Translations under genes and position numbers: made by a program
Shown: in pieces, positions 18,368 to 26,831 of the stretch
Position numbering within the stretch: position 1 is the stretch's first letter
Layout of the letters: the number at the start of each line of letters is the position of its first letter
Origin: an uncultured Erythrobacter sp.
Lineage (GTDB): Bacteria; Pseudomonadota; Alphaproteobacteria; Sphingomonadales; Sphingomonadaceae
Direction of reading: 5' to 3'
DNA length: 64,000 bases
NCBI GenBank assembly: GCA_963975275.1
Contig: CAXBFN010000006.1
Coordinates: 132,124 to 196,123 of the forward strand
Notes under the pieces: generated by a model
What the model was told of the DNA's origin: nothing
Seen by the model: the letters and a program-made list of their open reading frames with translations, nothing else
Database searches by the model: none

Positions 18368-19372
18368 ATGGCAGCGCCCTTTTCCTGGATCCGGCCCGAA
18401 CCGCACGGGATCCATGTCGGCCCTGCAGATTGCTGGATCGATCCCTCGCGCGCAGTCGACCGTGCGCTGGTGACGCACGGTCATGCAGATCACGCGCGCG
18501 GCGGTCACGGCCAGACCGTCGCCACCCCCGCGACGCTGGCGATCATGGATCTGCGCTATAACACCCGCGAAGGCGCAACCCCGGTCGAATATGGCGAGAC
18601 CATCCGCCTGCCCGGCGGGGTCGATGCGACCTATATCCCCGCGGGCCATGTGCTGGGCAGCGCGCAGATCCTGCTCGAGCATGCGGGCGAGCGGGTGGTG
18701 GTGACGGGCGATTACAAACGCCGCGCCGATCCGACCTGCCCGCCCTTCGAAGTGACCAAATGCGACATCTTCATCACCGAGGCGACCTTCGGCCTGCCGG
18801 TGTTCTGCCATCCGCCGATCGCCGAGGAGATGCGCAAGCTGCTGGGCCGGCTCGCCGCGCATCCGGAGCGCTGCGTTCTGGTCGGCGCCTATGCGCTGGG
18901 CAAGGCGCAGCGGGTGATCGCCGAACTGCGCGCGGCCGGGCATCACGACCCGATCTATCTGCACGGCGCGATGGAGCGGATGTGCTGGCTCTACGAGGAA
19001 CATGGCGTGGGGCTGGGCGAGCTGCGGCTGGTCGCGGATCACACCAAGGACGAGATGCGCGGCAGTATCGTGGTGTGCCCGCCCTCGGCGCTCAACGACC
19101 GCTGGAGCCGCCGCCTGCCCGAACCGATTACCGCCATGGCGTCAGGCTGGATGCGGGTGCGCCAGCGCGCCCGCCAGCGCAATGTCGAGCTGCCGCTGGT
19201 GATCTCCGACCATGCCGACTGGGGCGAGCTGACGCGTACGATCGAGGAGGTCGATGCGCGGGAGAACTGGATCACCCACGGCCGCGAGGATGCGCTGCTG
19301 CGCTGGTGCCAGCTTCACCAGCGCAGGGCGCGGGCGCTGGCGCTGGTGGGGTATGAGGACGAGGATGATTGA
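18368..19372 (+). CDS. ligase-associated DNA damage response exonuclease (metallo-beta-lactamase/beta-CASP fold)
   Basis: Has the THGHADH motif and an MBL fold. Lies directly upstream of the ATP-dependent ligase, as in the ligase-associated gene set. Confidence 0.85.
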   Translation: MAAPFSWIRPEPHGIHVGPADCWIDPSRAVDRALVTHGHADHARGGHGQTVATPATLAIMDLRYNTREGATPVEYGETIRLPGGVDATYIPAGHVLGSAQILLEHAGERVVVTGDYKRRADPTCPPFEVTKCDIFITEATFGLPVFCHPPIAEEMRKLLGRLAAHPERCVLVGAYALGKAQRVIAELRAAGHHDPIYLHGAMERMCWLYEEHGVGLGELRLVADHTKDEMRGSIVVCPPSALNDRWSRRLPEPITAMASGWMRVRQRARQRNVELPLVISDHADWGELTRTIEEVDARENWITHGREDALLRWCQLHQRRARALALVGYEDEDD

Positions 19373-19517
19373 GGCGGACGATTTCCTCCCCGACACGGGG
19401 AGGTGGCAGACGCCGCAGGCGGCTGACGGAGGGGACTCTCCGCATGGTGCTGCGCGCGGGGGCAATCCCCTCCACCATGCTGCGCATGGTCCCCCTCCCC
19501 GTGCCGGGGCGGCATAA
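19373..19517. repeat. hairpin-rich REP-like intergenic element
   Basis: Two copies of CCTCCCCG-N3-CGGGGNGG (19385-19403 and 19494-19512) flank the inverted repeat GGAGGGGA/TCCCCTCC (19428-19435 / 19466-19473) and the hairpin ACCATGC-TGC-GCATGGT (19474-19490). Confidence 0.55.
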
Positions 19518-21137
19518 ATGGAAGCCTTCGCCGCCCTGATCGACGCGCTGGTCTACACCCGCAGCCGCAACGAGAAGCTGCGGCTGATCGCCGAGTATCT
19601 GCGCACCACCCCCGATCCCGATCGCGGCTGGGCGCTGGCGGCGCTGGCCGACGGGCTCGATTTTCCGGCGGTCAAATCGGGGACGATCCGCACGCTGTTG
19701 AAAGAACGCGTCGATCCGGTGCTGTGGACGCTGAGCCGCGACTTCGTCGGCGACACCGCCGAGACCGCCAGCCTGTTGTGGCCTGCACCCGAGGCGGCAC
19801 CCTCCCCTCCCGGCGTGAGCGAGGCGGTCGAACTGCTCACCGCGATGAACCGCAAGAGTGTGCTCACCGAGCTGCCGCGCCTGCTCGACCGGCTCGACGC
19901 CGAGGGGCGCTACGCGCTGCTCAAGCTCGCCACCGGCGGGATGCGGATCGGGATTTCGAGCCGCCTCGCCAAGACCGCCTTCGCGCAGGCTTTCGATGTA
20001 CCGATCGACGAGGTCGAGGAATATTGGCACGGGCTCGATGCACCCTATGGCGAGCTGTTCGCCTGGGCCGCGCACGGCCAGCCCGCCCCCGACATCGCCA
20101 ATCTGCCCACCTTCCGCCCCTTCATGCTCGCGCATCCGCTCGAGGACGGCACGGTCGATCTGGCCGATTACGCCGCGGAGTGGAAATGGGACGGGATCCG
20201 AGTGGAACTGGTCCGCGCGGGTCAGGGTGAGGCGGCGCAGACGCGGCTGTTCTCGCGCTCGGGCGACGATATCTCGGCCACCTTCCCCGAATTGCTCGAT
20301 GCTCTGCCCTTCTCCGCGGTGCTCGATGGCGAGCTGCTGGTGCGCGGTTCGGCGCAGGGCGGCGCGGAGAACGAGCGGACGCAGGGCGGCGCGGCGAGCT
20401 TCAACGCGCTGCAGCAGCGGCTCGGGCGCAAGACGGTGAGCAAGAAGATGCTCGTCGAGGCCCCCGCTTTCGTGCGGCTCTACGACGCGCTGCTGGTCGA
20501 GGGCGAGGACTGGCGGCCGCTGCCCTGGAGCGAACGCCGCGCGCGGCTGGAGGCGCTGATGCCGCGGCTCCCCGCGAGCCATTTCGACTTGAGCAAAGTG
20601 GTCGAGGCGCGCGATTTCGACCATCTGGCGCAGATCCGCGAGGGCAGCCGCGAGGAGGCGATCGAGGGGCTGATGCTCAAGCGCCGCGATAGCCCCTATA
20701 TCGCCGGCCGGCGCACCGGGCTGTGGTACAAATGGAAGCGCGACCCGCTGCTGGTCGATTGCGTGCTGATGTACGCCCAGCGCGGCAGCGGGAAACGCTC
20801 GAGCTTCTATTCGGACTACACCTTCGGCTGCTGGGCGGGCGATCCCGACGGAGGTGCGGAATTGCTTCCGGTCGGCAAGGCCTATTCGGGTTTCACCGAC
20901 GAGGAGCTCAAGAAGCTCGACCGCCACGTCCGCAGCAACACGGTCAACCGCTTCGGCCCGGTGCGCGAGACCGACAAAAGCCTGGTGTTCGAGGTCGCCT
21001 TCGACAGCGTCCACGCCAGCAAGCGCCACAAATCGGGGCTCGCGATGCGCTTCCCGCGGATCCACCGCATCCGCTGGGACAAGCCAGCGCACGAGGCCGA
21101 CCGGATCGCGGCGCTGGAGGCGCTGATCAGGGATTGA
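19518..21137 (+). CDS. ATP-dependent DNA ligase (ligase-associated damage-response type)
   Basis: Adenylation motif EWKWDGIR (KxDG), then LDGELLV, EGLMLK and WYKWK. Confidence 0.9.
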   Translation: MEAFAALIDALVYTRSRNEKLRLIAEYLRTTPDPDRGWALAALADGLDFPAVKSGTIRTLLKERVDPVLWTLSRDFVGDTAETASLLWPAPEAAPSPPGVSEAVELLTAMNRKSVLTELPRLLDRLDAEGRYALLKLATGGMRIGISSRLAKTAFAQAFDVPIDEVEEYWHGLDAPYGELFAWAAHGQPAPDIANLPTFRPFMLAHPLEDGTVDLADYAAEWKWDGIRVELVRAGQGEAAQTRLFSRSGDDISATFPELLDALPFSAVLDGELLVRGSAQGGAENERTQGGAASFNALQQRLGRKTVSKKMLVEAPAFVRLYDALLVEGEDWRPLPWSERRARLEALMPRLPASHFDLSKVVEARDFDHLAQIREGSREEAIEGLMLKRRDSPYIAGRRTGLWYKWKRDPLLVDCVLMYAQRGSGKRSSFYSDYTFGCWAGDPDGGAELLPVGKAYSGFTDEELKKLDRHVRSNTVNRFGPVRETDKSLVFEVAFDSVHASKRHKSGLAMRFPRIHRIRWDKPAHEADRIAALEALIRD

Positions 21138-21167
21138 GTTTCCCGCTGCCTGGCGCATGATCGGCCG

Positions 21168-21821
21168 ATGCACCGCTACGATCCCGCGCGCCAGCGACTG
21201 GCCATCGGTCTTGCCGGTCTGGCCGGGCTGGTCGATGCCACCGGTTTCGTGGTGGCGGGGGGCTATTTCACCTCCTTCATGTCGGGCAACACGACCCGGC
21301 TGGGCGTGGACCTTGCCTCGGCGCCGGCGGTGGCAGCAGTGCCGCTGGCGTTGATCGGATGTTTCCTGGTTGGAGTGATCGCTGGCGCGCTCGTGCTCCG
21401 ACGCGCGCGCGGCTGGCACAAGCGGGCCTTGCTCGGGCTGGTCGCGGCGATGCTCGGGCTTGCCGCCGCAAGCCTCTGGGCGGGCCGCGAATGGCCGTTC
21501 CTCACCCTCGCCGCCATCGCGATGGGGCTCGCCAACAATGTCTTTTCGCGCGGCGGTGAGGTCACTGTCGGTGTGACCTATATGACGGGTGCGCTGGTCA
21601 AGTTCGGCCAGGGGCTGGCGGCGCGTTTGGCCGGAGAGGCACGGCCGGCCACGCGCGGTTACGGGATGCTATGGGCAACCCTCGCCGCGGGCGCGGCGCT
21701 GGGCGGATGGTTGTCCTCCCACGAACCGCGGATTGCCGCGGCGACCGCGTTTGCCGCAGCCGTGCTGCTATGCGGTGCGGCCTTCCGGATCGAGCGAGGA
21801 AGCCCGCTTATCGAGGGTTGA
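21168..21821 (+). CDS. YoaK/DUF1275 family membrane protein
   Basis: Has GLAGLVDATGFVVAGGYFTSFMSGNTTRLG and multiple TM segments. Confidence 0.8.
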   Translation: MHRYDPARQRLAIGLAGLAGLVDATGFVVAGGYFTSFMSGNTTRLGVDLASAPAVAAVPLALIGCFLVGVIAGALVLRRARGWHKRALLGLVAAMLGLAAASLWAGREWPFLTLAAIAMGLANNVFSRGGEVTVGVTYMTGALVKFGQGLAARLAGEARPATRGYGMLWATLAAGAALGGWLSSHEPRIAAATAFAAAVLLCGAAFRIERGSPLIEG

Positions 21822-21847
21822 GCGGCGCTCCCAGGGAGCCCGCCTCG

Positions 21848-22417
21848 TCAGGTCGGCGAATTCGCCAAGGCCTCGGCGTGATGTTTCGCGTTCTCGGCGT
21901 AATGCATCACCCCGGCGCGCATTCCCATGATCGCGGCGTCGGTCAGTTCCTTCATCGGCTTGGCCGGCCGCCCCGCCCAGAGCGAGCGCGGTTCCATCAC
22001 CTTGCCTTCGGTCAGCATCGCGCCCGCTGCCAGCATGGCGTCGCTGCCGATCACCGATTTGTTCATCGCGATGGCGCCAAGGCCCACGAAGCCGCGATCC
22101 TCGATCACGCAGCCATGGCACATCGCCATATGGCCGATCAGGACATCGCTGCCGATCTCGAGCGGCGAGCCTTCGGGATCGCCGGGACGCGGCGGGTCGC
22201 AATGCAGCACGCTGCCGTCCTGGACATTGGTCCGCTCGCCGATCCGGATGGTGAAGACGTCGGCGCGCAGCACGCAATTGTACCAGATCGAGCTGCCTTC
22301 GCCGATCTCGACATCGCCGATGATGGTGCAGCCGGGCGCGATGAAGACGCTCTCGTGGATCTTCGGGGTCTTGCCGTGGATGGGCACGATGCGGACGCCG
22401 GGGCGGTGGATACTCAT
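21848..22417 (-). CDS. gamma-class carbonic anhydrase family protein (left-handed beta-helix)
   Basis: Internal ATG at 22417 (MSIHRPGVRIVPIHGKTPKIHESVFIAPGCTIIGDVEIGEGSSIWYNCVLRAD). Hexapeptide repeats are visible. Confidence 0.85.
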   Translation of the reverse strand: MSIHRPGVRIVPIHGKTPKIHESVFIAPGCTIIGDVEIGEGSSIWYNCVLRADVFTIRIGERTNVQDGSVLHCDPPRPGDPEGSPLEIGSDVLIGHMAMCHGCVIEDRGFVGLGAIAMNKSVIGSDAMLAAGAMLTEGKVMEPRSLWAGRPAKPMKELTDAAIMGMRAGVMHYAENAKHHAEALANSPT

Positions 22418-22418
22418 G

Positions 22419-24650
22419 TCATTTTCCCAGGATGCTCTGCCATTGGATGAAAGGCAGGATGGACGCGAAATCGTCGGTCCACAAGCTCTGTGCCGGAGCG
22501 GGCGGGCGCTCCCATTCAAGATCGCGCCGCATGGCGATCAGCCTCGCGATCCGGCCGGCATCGGGCGACATCACCACCCAGACCGACGGGCTGATCCCGG
22601 GTCCGAGCCTGGTCAGATCTGAGCGCAGGATTGCCGTCATGCCATGTTCCTCCGCCAGCGCGGCAACTATCGGGCGCAGGTCGATGAAGCGGTTGGAGAT
22701 ATGCATCAGCAGCAAACCGTCGTCTTCCAGCTTGCGGCGATAGACGCCGAAGGCTTCGCTGGTGACGAGATGCAGCGGGATCGCGTCGGAGCTGAAGGCA
22801 TCGATCACCAGCGCGTCGAAACGCGCGTCGGGGAAGGTCTCGAGCACCAGCCGCGCATCGCCGATATGGATCGGCGCGTCGGGGGCGCATTCGCGCAGGA
22901 AGGTGAATCCGTCCTCGCCGCGCGAGAAATCGACGACCGCGGGGTCGATCTCGAAGAAATCCCACGCCTGGCCCGGCTGGCGATAGCAGGCCAGCGTCCC
23001 CACACCGAGCCCGACCAACCCCACGCGCGCCTCGGGGCCGGCCAATTGCGGCAGGACGCCCAGCGCCGCGCCGACGCCCGAATCGCGCCCATAATAGGTC
23101 GTCGGCTCCCGCCGCTCGGCAGGGTCGGTGAACTGCAGCCCGTGGAGCGTAGTGCCGTGGGTCAGCTCGCGCAGGCCGGCATAGTCCTGCTCGCGGACGG
23201 TGTAGATGCCGAAATAGCTGCGCTCGCGCGTGCCCTCGATCGACGCCCAAAGCGTCTGATAGCCGCCGCGCCCGAGCATCAGCATCGCCAGCACCGCCAC
23301 CACCGCCCAGCGATGGCCGAGCAGCAGGATCCCGCACCAGGCGATGCCGAGCATCCCGAGCAGCACCAGCGCGTCGTTCTGTTCGACCAGCCAGAGGTAG
23401 AGCAGTCCCGACAGGCCCATGGCGAGGATCAGCAGCACAAGAATCGCGATCCGGCGCTGCCGCCGGTCGAGCCCGAGCCGGTCCATCCAGGCGAACAGCG
23501 GCCGATTGGGGAGAAGGGCCGCGGCGGCGAGCACGAGGATGGGATGCTCCCACACCCAGTCGAAGATCACCGGGGCGAGCAGCGCGGTGAACAACCCGCC
23601 AAGCGCGCCGCCCGCGCTCATGATCAGGTAGAAATAGGTCAGCCGCGCGGGCGAAGGCCGGTCGTCGTAGAGCCGGCGGTGCAGCGCGACCGCGACCACG
23701 AACAGCATCAGCACCGTGGCGAAGGCGGTGGTAAGACCGCCCGACCCCTGGCTGACCATCGCCATCCCGCCCGCCAGCAGCACCACCACCGGGGCCACGC
23801 GCGCCAGCGTATGGCCGAGCGCGCTGCGCGCGTTGAAGGCGAAGACAAAGCTGAGCAGGTAGAGCCCGAGCGGGATCACCCACAGCAGCGGCATGGCGAC
23901 GATATCGGTGGTGAGATGCGTGGTCGCCGAGAGCATCAGCCCCGACGGCACCGCTGCCAGCGCCAGCCACAGCAGCGTTCGCCGCAAGCCGATCGGTTCT
24001 GCGGCGGCGGGCGCGAGGGGTGCATCCTCGCCCCCGGCTCGCCAGCGCGCCGCCGCCGCGGCGGCGACCAGCAGGATCAGCGCGCCATAGCCAAGGCTCC
24101 AGACCCAGCTCTGCGCGCCCAGCGACAGATTGGGTTCGAACAGCAGCGGATAGGCGAGCAGCCCGGTGAAGCTGCCCAGATTGGAGGCGGCATAGAGCCA
24201 GTAGGGATCGCCCGCGGCGGCGTCGGCCGCATACCAGCGCTGCATCAGCGGCGCCTGCGCCGAGACGACGAAGAACACCGGACCGATCGTCAGCAGGAAC
24301 AATAGCGGGACCCACAGCGGCTCGAACCCGGGGCTCGGCGCGGGCAGATCGGCCAGCGCGATCGGCAGCGTCAGTCCGGCGAGCACCAACAGGCCCAGGT
24401 GCACGGCGGCTTGCCGCGCGATCGGCCAGCGCCCGATCGCATGGGCATAGGCGTAGCCGCCCAGCAGCAGCGCCTGATAGACGAGCATCGCGCTGTTCCA
24501 CACCGCCGGCGCGCCGCCCAGCCGCGGCAGCGCCATCCGCGCCACCAGCGGCTGGACGAGGAACAGCAGGAAGCTCCCCGCCAGGATCGTGGCGACGAAC
24601 AGCAGCCGCGCAGTGCGCGCGCGAGGCGGTGCACTCGCCATGCCGCTCAT
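22419..24650 (-). CDS. fused polytopic membrane domain / spermidine-synthase-like protein
   Basis: About 12 or more TM segments in the N-terminal 470 aa. The C-terminal SpeE-like fold has GLVGLGVGTLA and VIDAFSSD. The preferred ATG at 24650 overlaps the upstream GNAT stop (ATGA). The track ORF begins at 24665. Confidence 0.85.
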   Translation of the reverse strand: MSGMASAPPRARTARLLFVATILAGSFLLFLVQPLVARMALPRLGGAPAVWNSAMLVYQALLLGGYAYAHAIGRWPIARQAAVHLGLLVLAGLTLPIALADLPAPSPGFEPLWVPLLFLLTIGPVFFVVSAQAPLMQRWYAADAAAGDPYWLYAASNLGSFTGLLAYPLLFEPNLSLGAQSWVWSLGYGALILLVAAAAAARWRAGGEDAPLAPAAAEPIGLRRTLLWLALAAVPSGLMLSATTHLTTDIVAMPLLWVIPLGLYLLSFVFAFNARSALGHTLARVAPVVVLLAGGMAMVSQGSGGLTTAFATVLMLFVVAVALHRRLYDDRPSPARLTYFYLIMSAGGALGGLFTALLAPVIFDWVWEHPILVLAAAALLPNRPLFAWMDRLGLDRRQRRIAILVLLILAMGLSGLLYLWLVEQNDALVLLGMLGIAWCGILLLGHRWAVVAVLAMLMLGRGGYQTLWASIEGTRERSYFGIYTVREQDYAGLRELTHGTTLHGLQFTDPAERREPTTYYGRDSGVGAALGVLPQLAGPEARVGLVGLGVGTLACYRQPGQAWDFFEIDPAVVDFSRGEDGFTFLRECAPDAPIHIGDARLVLETFPDARFDALVIDAFSSDAIPLHLVTSEAFGVYRRKLEDDGLLLMHISNRFIDLRPIVAALAEEHGMTAILRSDLTRLGPGISPSVWVVMSPDAGRIARLIAMRRDLEWERPPAPAQSLWTDDFASILPFIQWQSILGK

Positions 24651-25243
24651 GCGCGGGCGCACCATTCCTCCCGGGTCAGGTCATAGAGGATCGTCGGATT
24701 GTCCTCGGGCGCAAAACGCGGGTCCGCGAAGTCGAGGTCCTCGCGCCGCCGCATGCCGAGCCTTTCCATCAACCGCCAGCTCGGTTCGTTGGCGAGGCTG
24801 GTCAGCGCCACGACATGGCAGGCGCGGTGCCGGGTGAAGGCCCAGTCGATCACCGCCTCGACCGCTTCGCGCGCATAACCGCGGCGCCAGCGATCCTCCC
24901 GCACGAGCCAGCCGATTTCCAGATCGCCCGGGTTCTTCGCGCCTTCGGCATCGACCCGTTTCAGCCCGCAATGGCCGACGAGTTCGCCGGTCTCCTTCTC
25001 GATCGCCATGAGGAAGGAGAAGCCCTCCTGCGCATGCAGCGCCATGGCCTTGGCATGACGCGCCTCGATCTCGTGCAATTCCTTCGGTCCGCCGAGATGG
25101 CGCATCACGGCGGGGGTGTTGAGCACCCGCGCCTGCTCGGCTGCATCGCTTTCGGCGATCGTGCGCAGCACCAGCCGTGCGGTCTCCAGCACGATGTCAG
25201 GCACGGGTGCCGATCCGCCCCGTCTGCCAGACATCCTTCGCAA
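24647..25243 (-). CDS. GNAT family N-acetyltransferase (RimJ/RimL-like)
   Basis: Has ETARLVLRT...EIGWLVREDRWRRGYAREAVEAVIDWAF...SWRLMERLGM. The start is uncertain: ATG 25243 or 25234, or GTG 25204, which would overlap the upstream stop by 8 nt. Confidence 0.8.
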   Translation of the reverse strand: MRRMSGRRGGSAPVPDIVLETARLVLRTIAESDAAEQARVLNTPAVMRHLGGPKELHEIEARHAKAMALHAQEGFSFLMAIEKETGELVGHCGLKRVDAEGAKNPGDLEIGWLVREDRWRRGYAREAVEAVIDWAFTRHRACHVVALTSLANEPSWRLMERLGMRRREDLDFADPRFAPEDNPTILYDLTREEWCARA

Positions 25244-25778
25244 TCGAATAGACGATGATCCGCCCGTCTTCGGGATCGAAATCGGCGTTGTCGAAATCGA
25301 GATCTTCGCGCCGGGCCATCCCGAGCCGCTCCATCAAGCCCCAGCTCGCCCCGTTTCCGGCGACCGTCAGCGCGATGACTTCCTGTGCGCCGAACCGGTC
25401 GAAGGCGAGGTCGAGCGCGGCGGTGGCCGCTTCCCGGGCATAGCCCTGCCCCCAGGCATCCTCGCGCAGGCGCCAGCCCACTTCCATCGCGCCGATCGGC
25501 CCGCCGGCCTGATTGCTGCGCTTCAGCCCGCAGAAGCCGAGCAGCGCGCCATCGCCCTTGCGCTCGACCACCCAGAAGGTGTGCCCATGCTCGCTGCGAT
25601 AGGACAGCAGCCGCTCCTGCGCGCCCGCGCGCTTCTCCGCATCCGCGACCCCGCCCAGCCAGCGCATGACTGCTGGCGTGTTGGTTCCCGTCCAGAACGG
25701 CGCCCAATCGCCGTCGCGCCAGTCGCGCAGGATCAGGCGCTCGGTTTCGGCAACGGTCTCGTCCTGCTCGTCAGCCAT
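25197..25778 (-). CDS. GNAT family N-acetyltransferase (RimJ/RimL-like), paralog of the downstream gene
   Basis: Has ETERLILRDW...EVGWRLREDAWGQGYAREAATAALDLAF...SWGLMERLGM. ATG 25778 is preferred (8-nt overlap with the hemB stop). The track start is 25805. Confidence 0.8.
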   Translation of the reverse strand: MADEQDETVAETERLILRDWRDGDWAPFWTGTNTPAVMRWLGGVADAEKRAGAQERLLSYRSEHGHTFWVVERKGDGALLGFCGLKRSNQAGGPIGAMEVGWRLREDAWGQGYAREAATAALDLAFDRFGAQEVIALTVAGNGASWGLMERLGMARREDLDFDNADFDPEDGRIIVYSIAKDVWQTGRIGTRA

Positions 25779-26766
25779 TGAGCAGGCGTGCCGCAGTGGC
25801 TGCATGATAAGTCAGCACGCCGGTACAGCCGGCGCGTTTGAACGCGATCAGCTTCTCCATCATCAGCGCGTCGCGGTCGCCGACGCCGGCCGCCGCACCC
25901 GCTTCGATCAGCGCGTATTCGCCGCTCACCTGATAGGCGAACACCGGCACGCCGAACCGCTCCTTCACGCGCCAGATCACGTCGAGATAGGCGAGGCCAG
26001 GCTTGACCATCACGCTGTCGGCCCCTTCGGCGATATCGAGCGCAACCTCGCGCAGCGCCTCCTCGGCATTGGCCGGGTCCATCTGGTAGCTCTTCTTGTC
26101 ACCCTTGAGCAGGCCGCCCGAGCCGACCGCATCGCGAAAGGGGCCGTAGAAGGCCGACGCGTATTTGGCAGCATAGGACATGATCTGGACGTTGTGGTGC
26201 CCGGCCATCTCCAACGCCATGCGGATCGCGCGGACGCGCCCGTCCATCATGTCGGACGGGGCGACGATGTCCGCTCCCGCCGCAGCTTGGTTCAGCGCCT
26301 GGTCGACCAGCACCGCCACCGTGTCGTCATTGGTCACATAGCCGTGCGTATCGAGCAACCCGTCCTGACCGTGACTGGTGTAGGGATCGAGCGCGACATC
26401 GGTGAGGATCCCGATATCCGATCCGCAGGCGTCGCGGACCGATTTGATCGCGCGGCACATCAGATTGTCGGGGTTGAACGCTTCCTCGCCGCTGTCGCTG
26501 CGGCGATCGTCCGGCGTGTTGGGGAACAGCGCGATGCAGGGAATGCCGAGCGCCACCGCCTCGCGCGCGCGCTCGGCGATCCCGTCGATCGACCAGCGCG
26601 ATACGCCGGGCAGGCTGGCGATGGGTTCTTCCACCCCCTTGCCCCCGGTCACGAACAGCGGCCAGACCAGATCGCTCGGGGCGAGACGGTTCTCGCGGTG
26701 CAGCGCGCGGCTCCAGCCGCTCGATCGGGTGCGGCGCAGGCGGGTGTGGGGATAGCTGGCGTCCAT
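25771..26766 (-). CDS. hemB: porphobilinogen synthase (delta-aminolevulinate dehydratase)
   Basis: The last 331 codons of track ORF 25771-28359, starting MDASYPHTRLRRTR. Has ALFPNTP, APSDMMDGRVRAIR, MSYAAKYASAFYGPFRDA and VKPGLAYLD. Confidence 0.95.
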   Translation of the reverse strand: MDASYPHTRLRRTRSSGWSRALHRENRLAPSDLVWPLFVTGGKGVEEPIASLPGVSRWSIDGIAERAREAVALGIPCIALFPNTPDDRRSDSGEEAFNPDNLMCRAIKSVRDACGSDIGILTDVALDPYTSHGQDGLLDTHGYVTNDDTVAVLVDQALNQAAAGADIVAPSDMMDGRVRAIRMALEMAGHHNVQIMSYAAKYASAFYGPFRDAVGSGGLLKGDKKSYQMDPANAEEALREVALDIAEGADSVMVKPGLAYLDVIWRVKERFGVPVFAYQVSGEYALIEAGAAAGVGDRDALMMEKLIAFKRAGCTGVLTYHAATAARLLNG

Positions 26767-26831
26767 GGGGCGATCTGTGCCGCAATCGCCCCCCCGGTGC
26801 AATGGAGCGCGGCGGCTGGCGCGCGGCGGGA

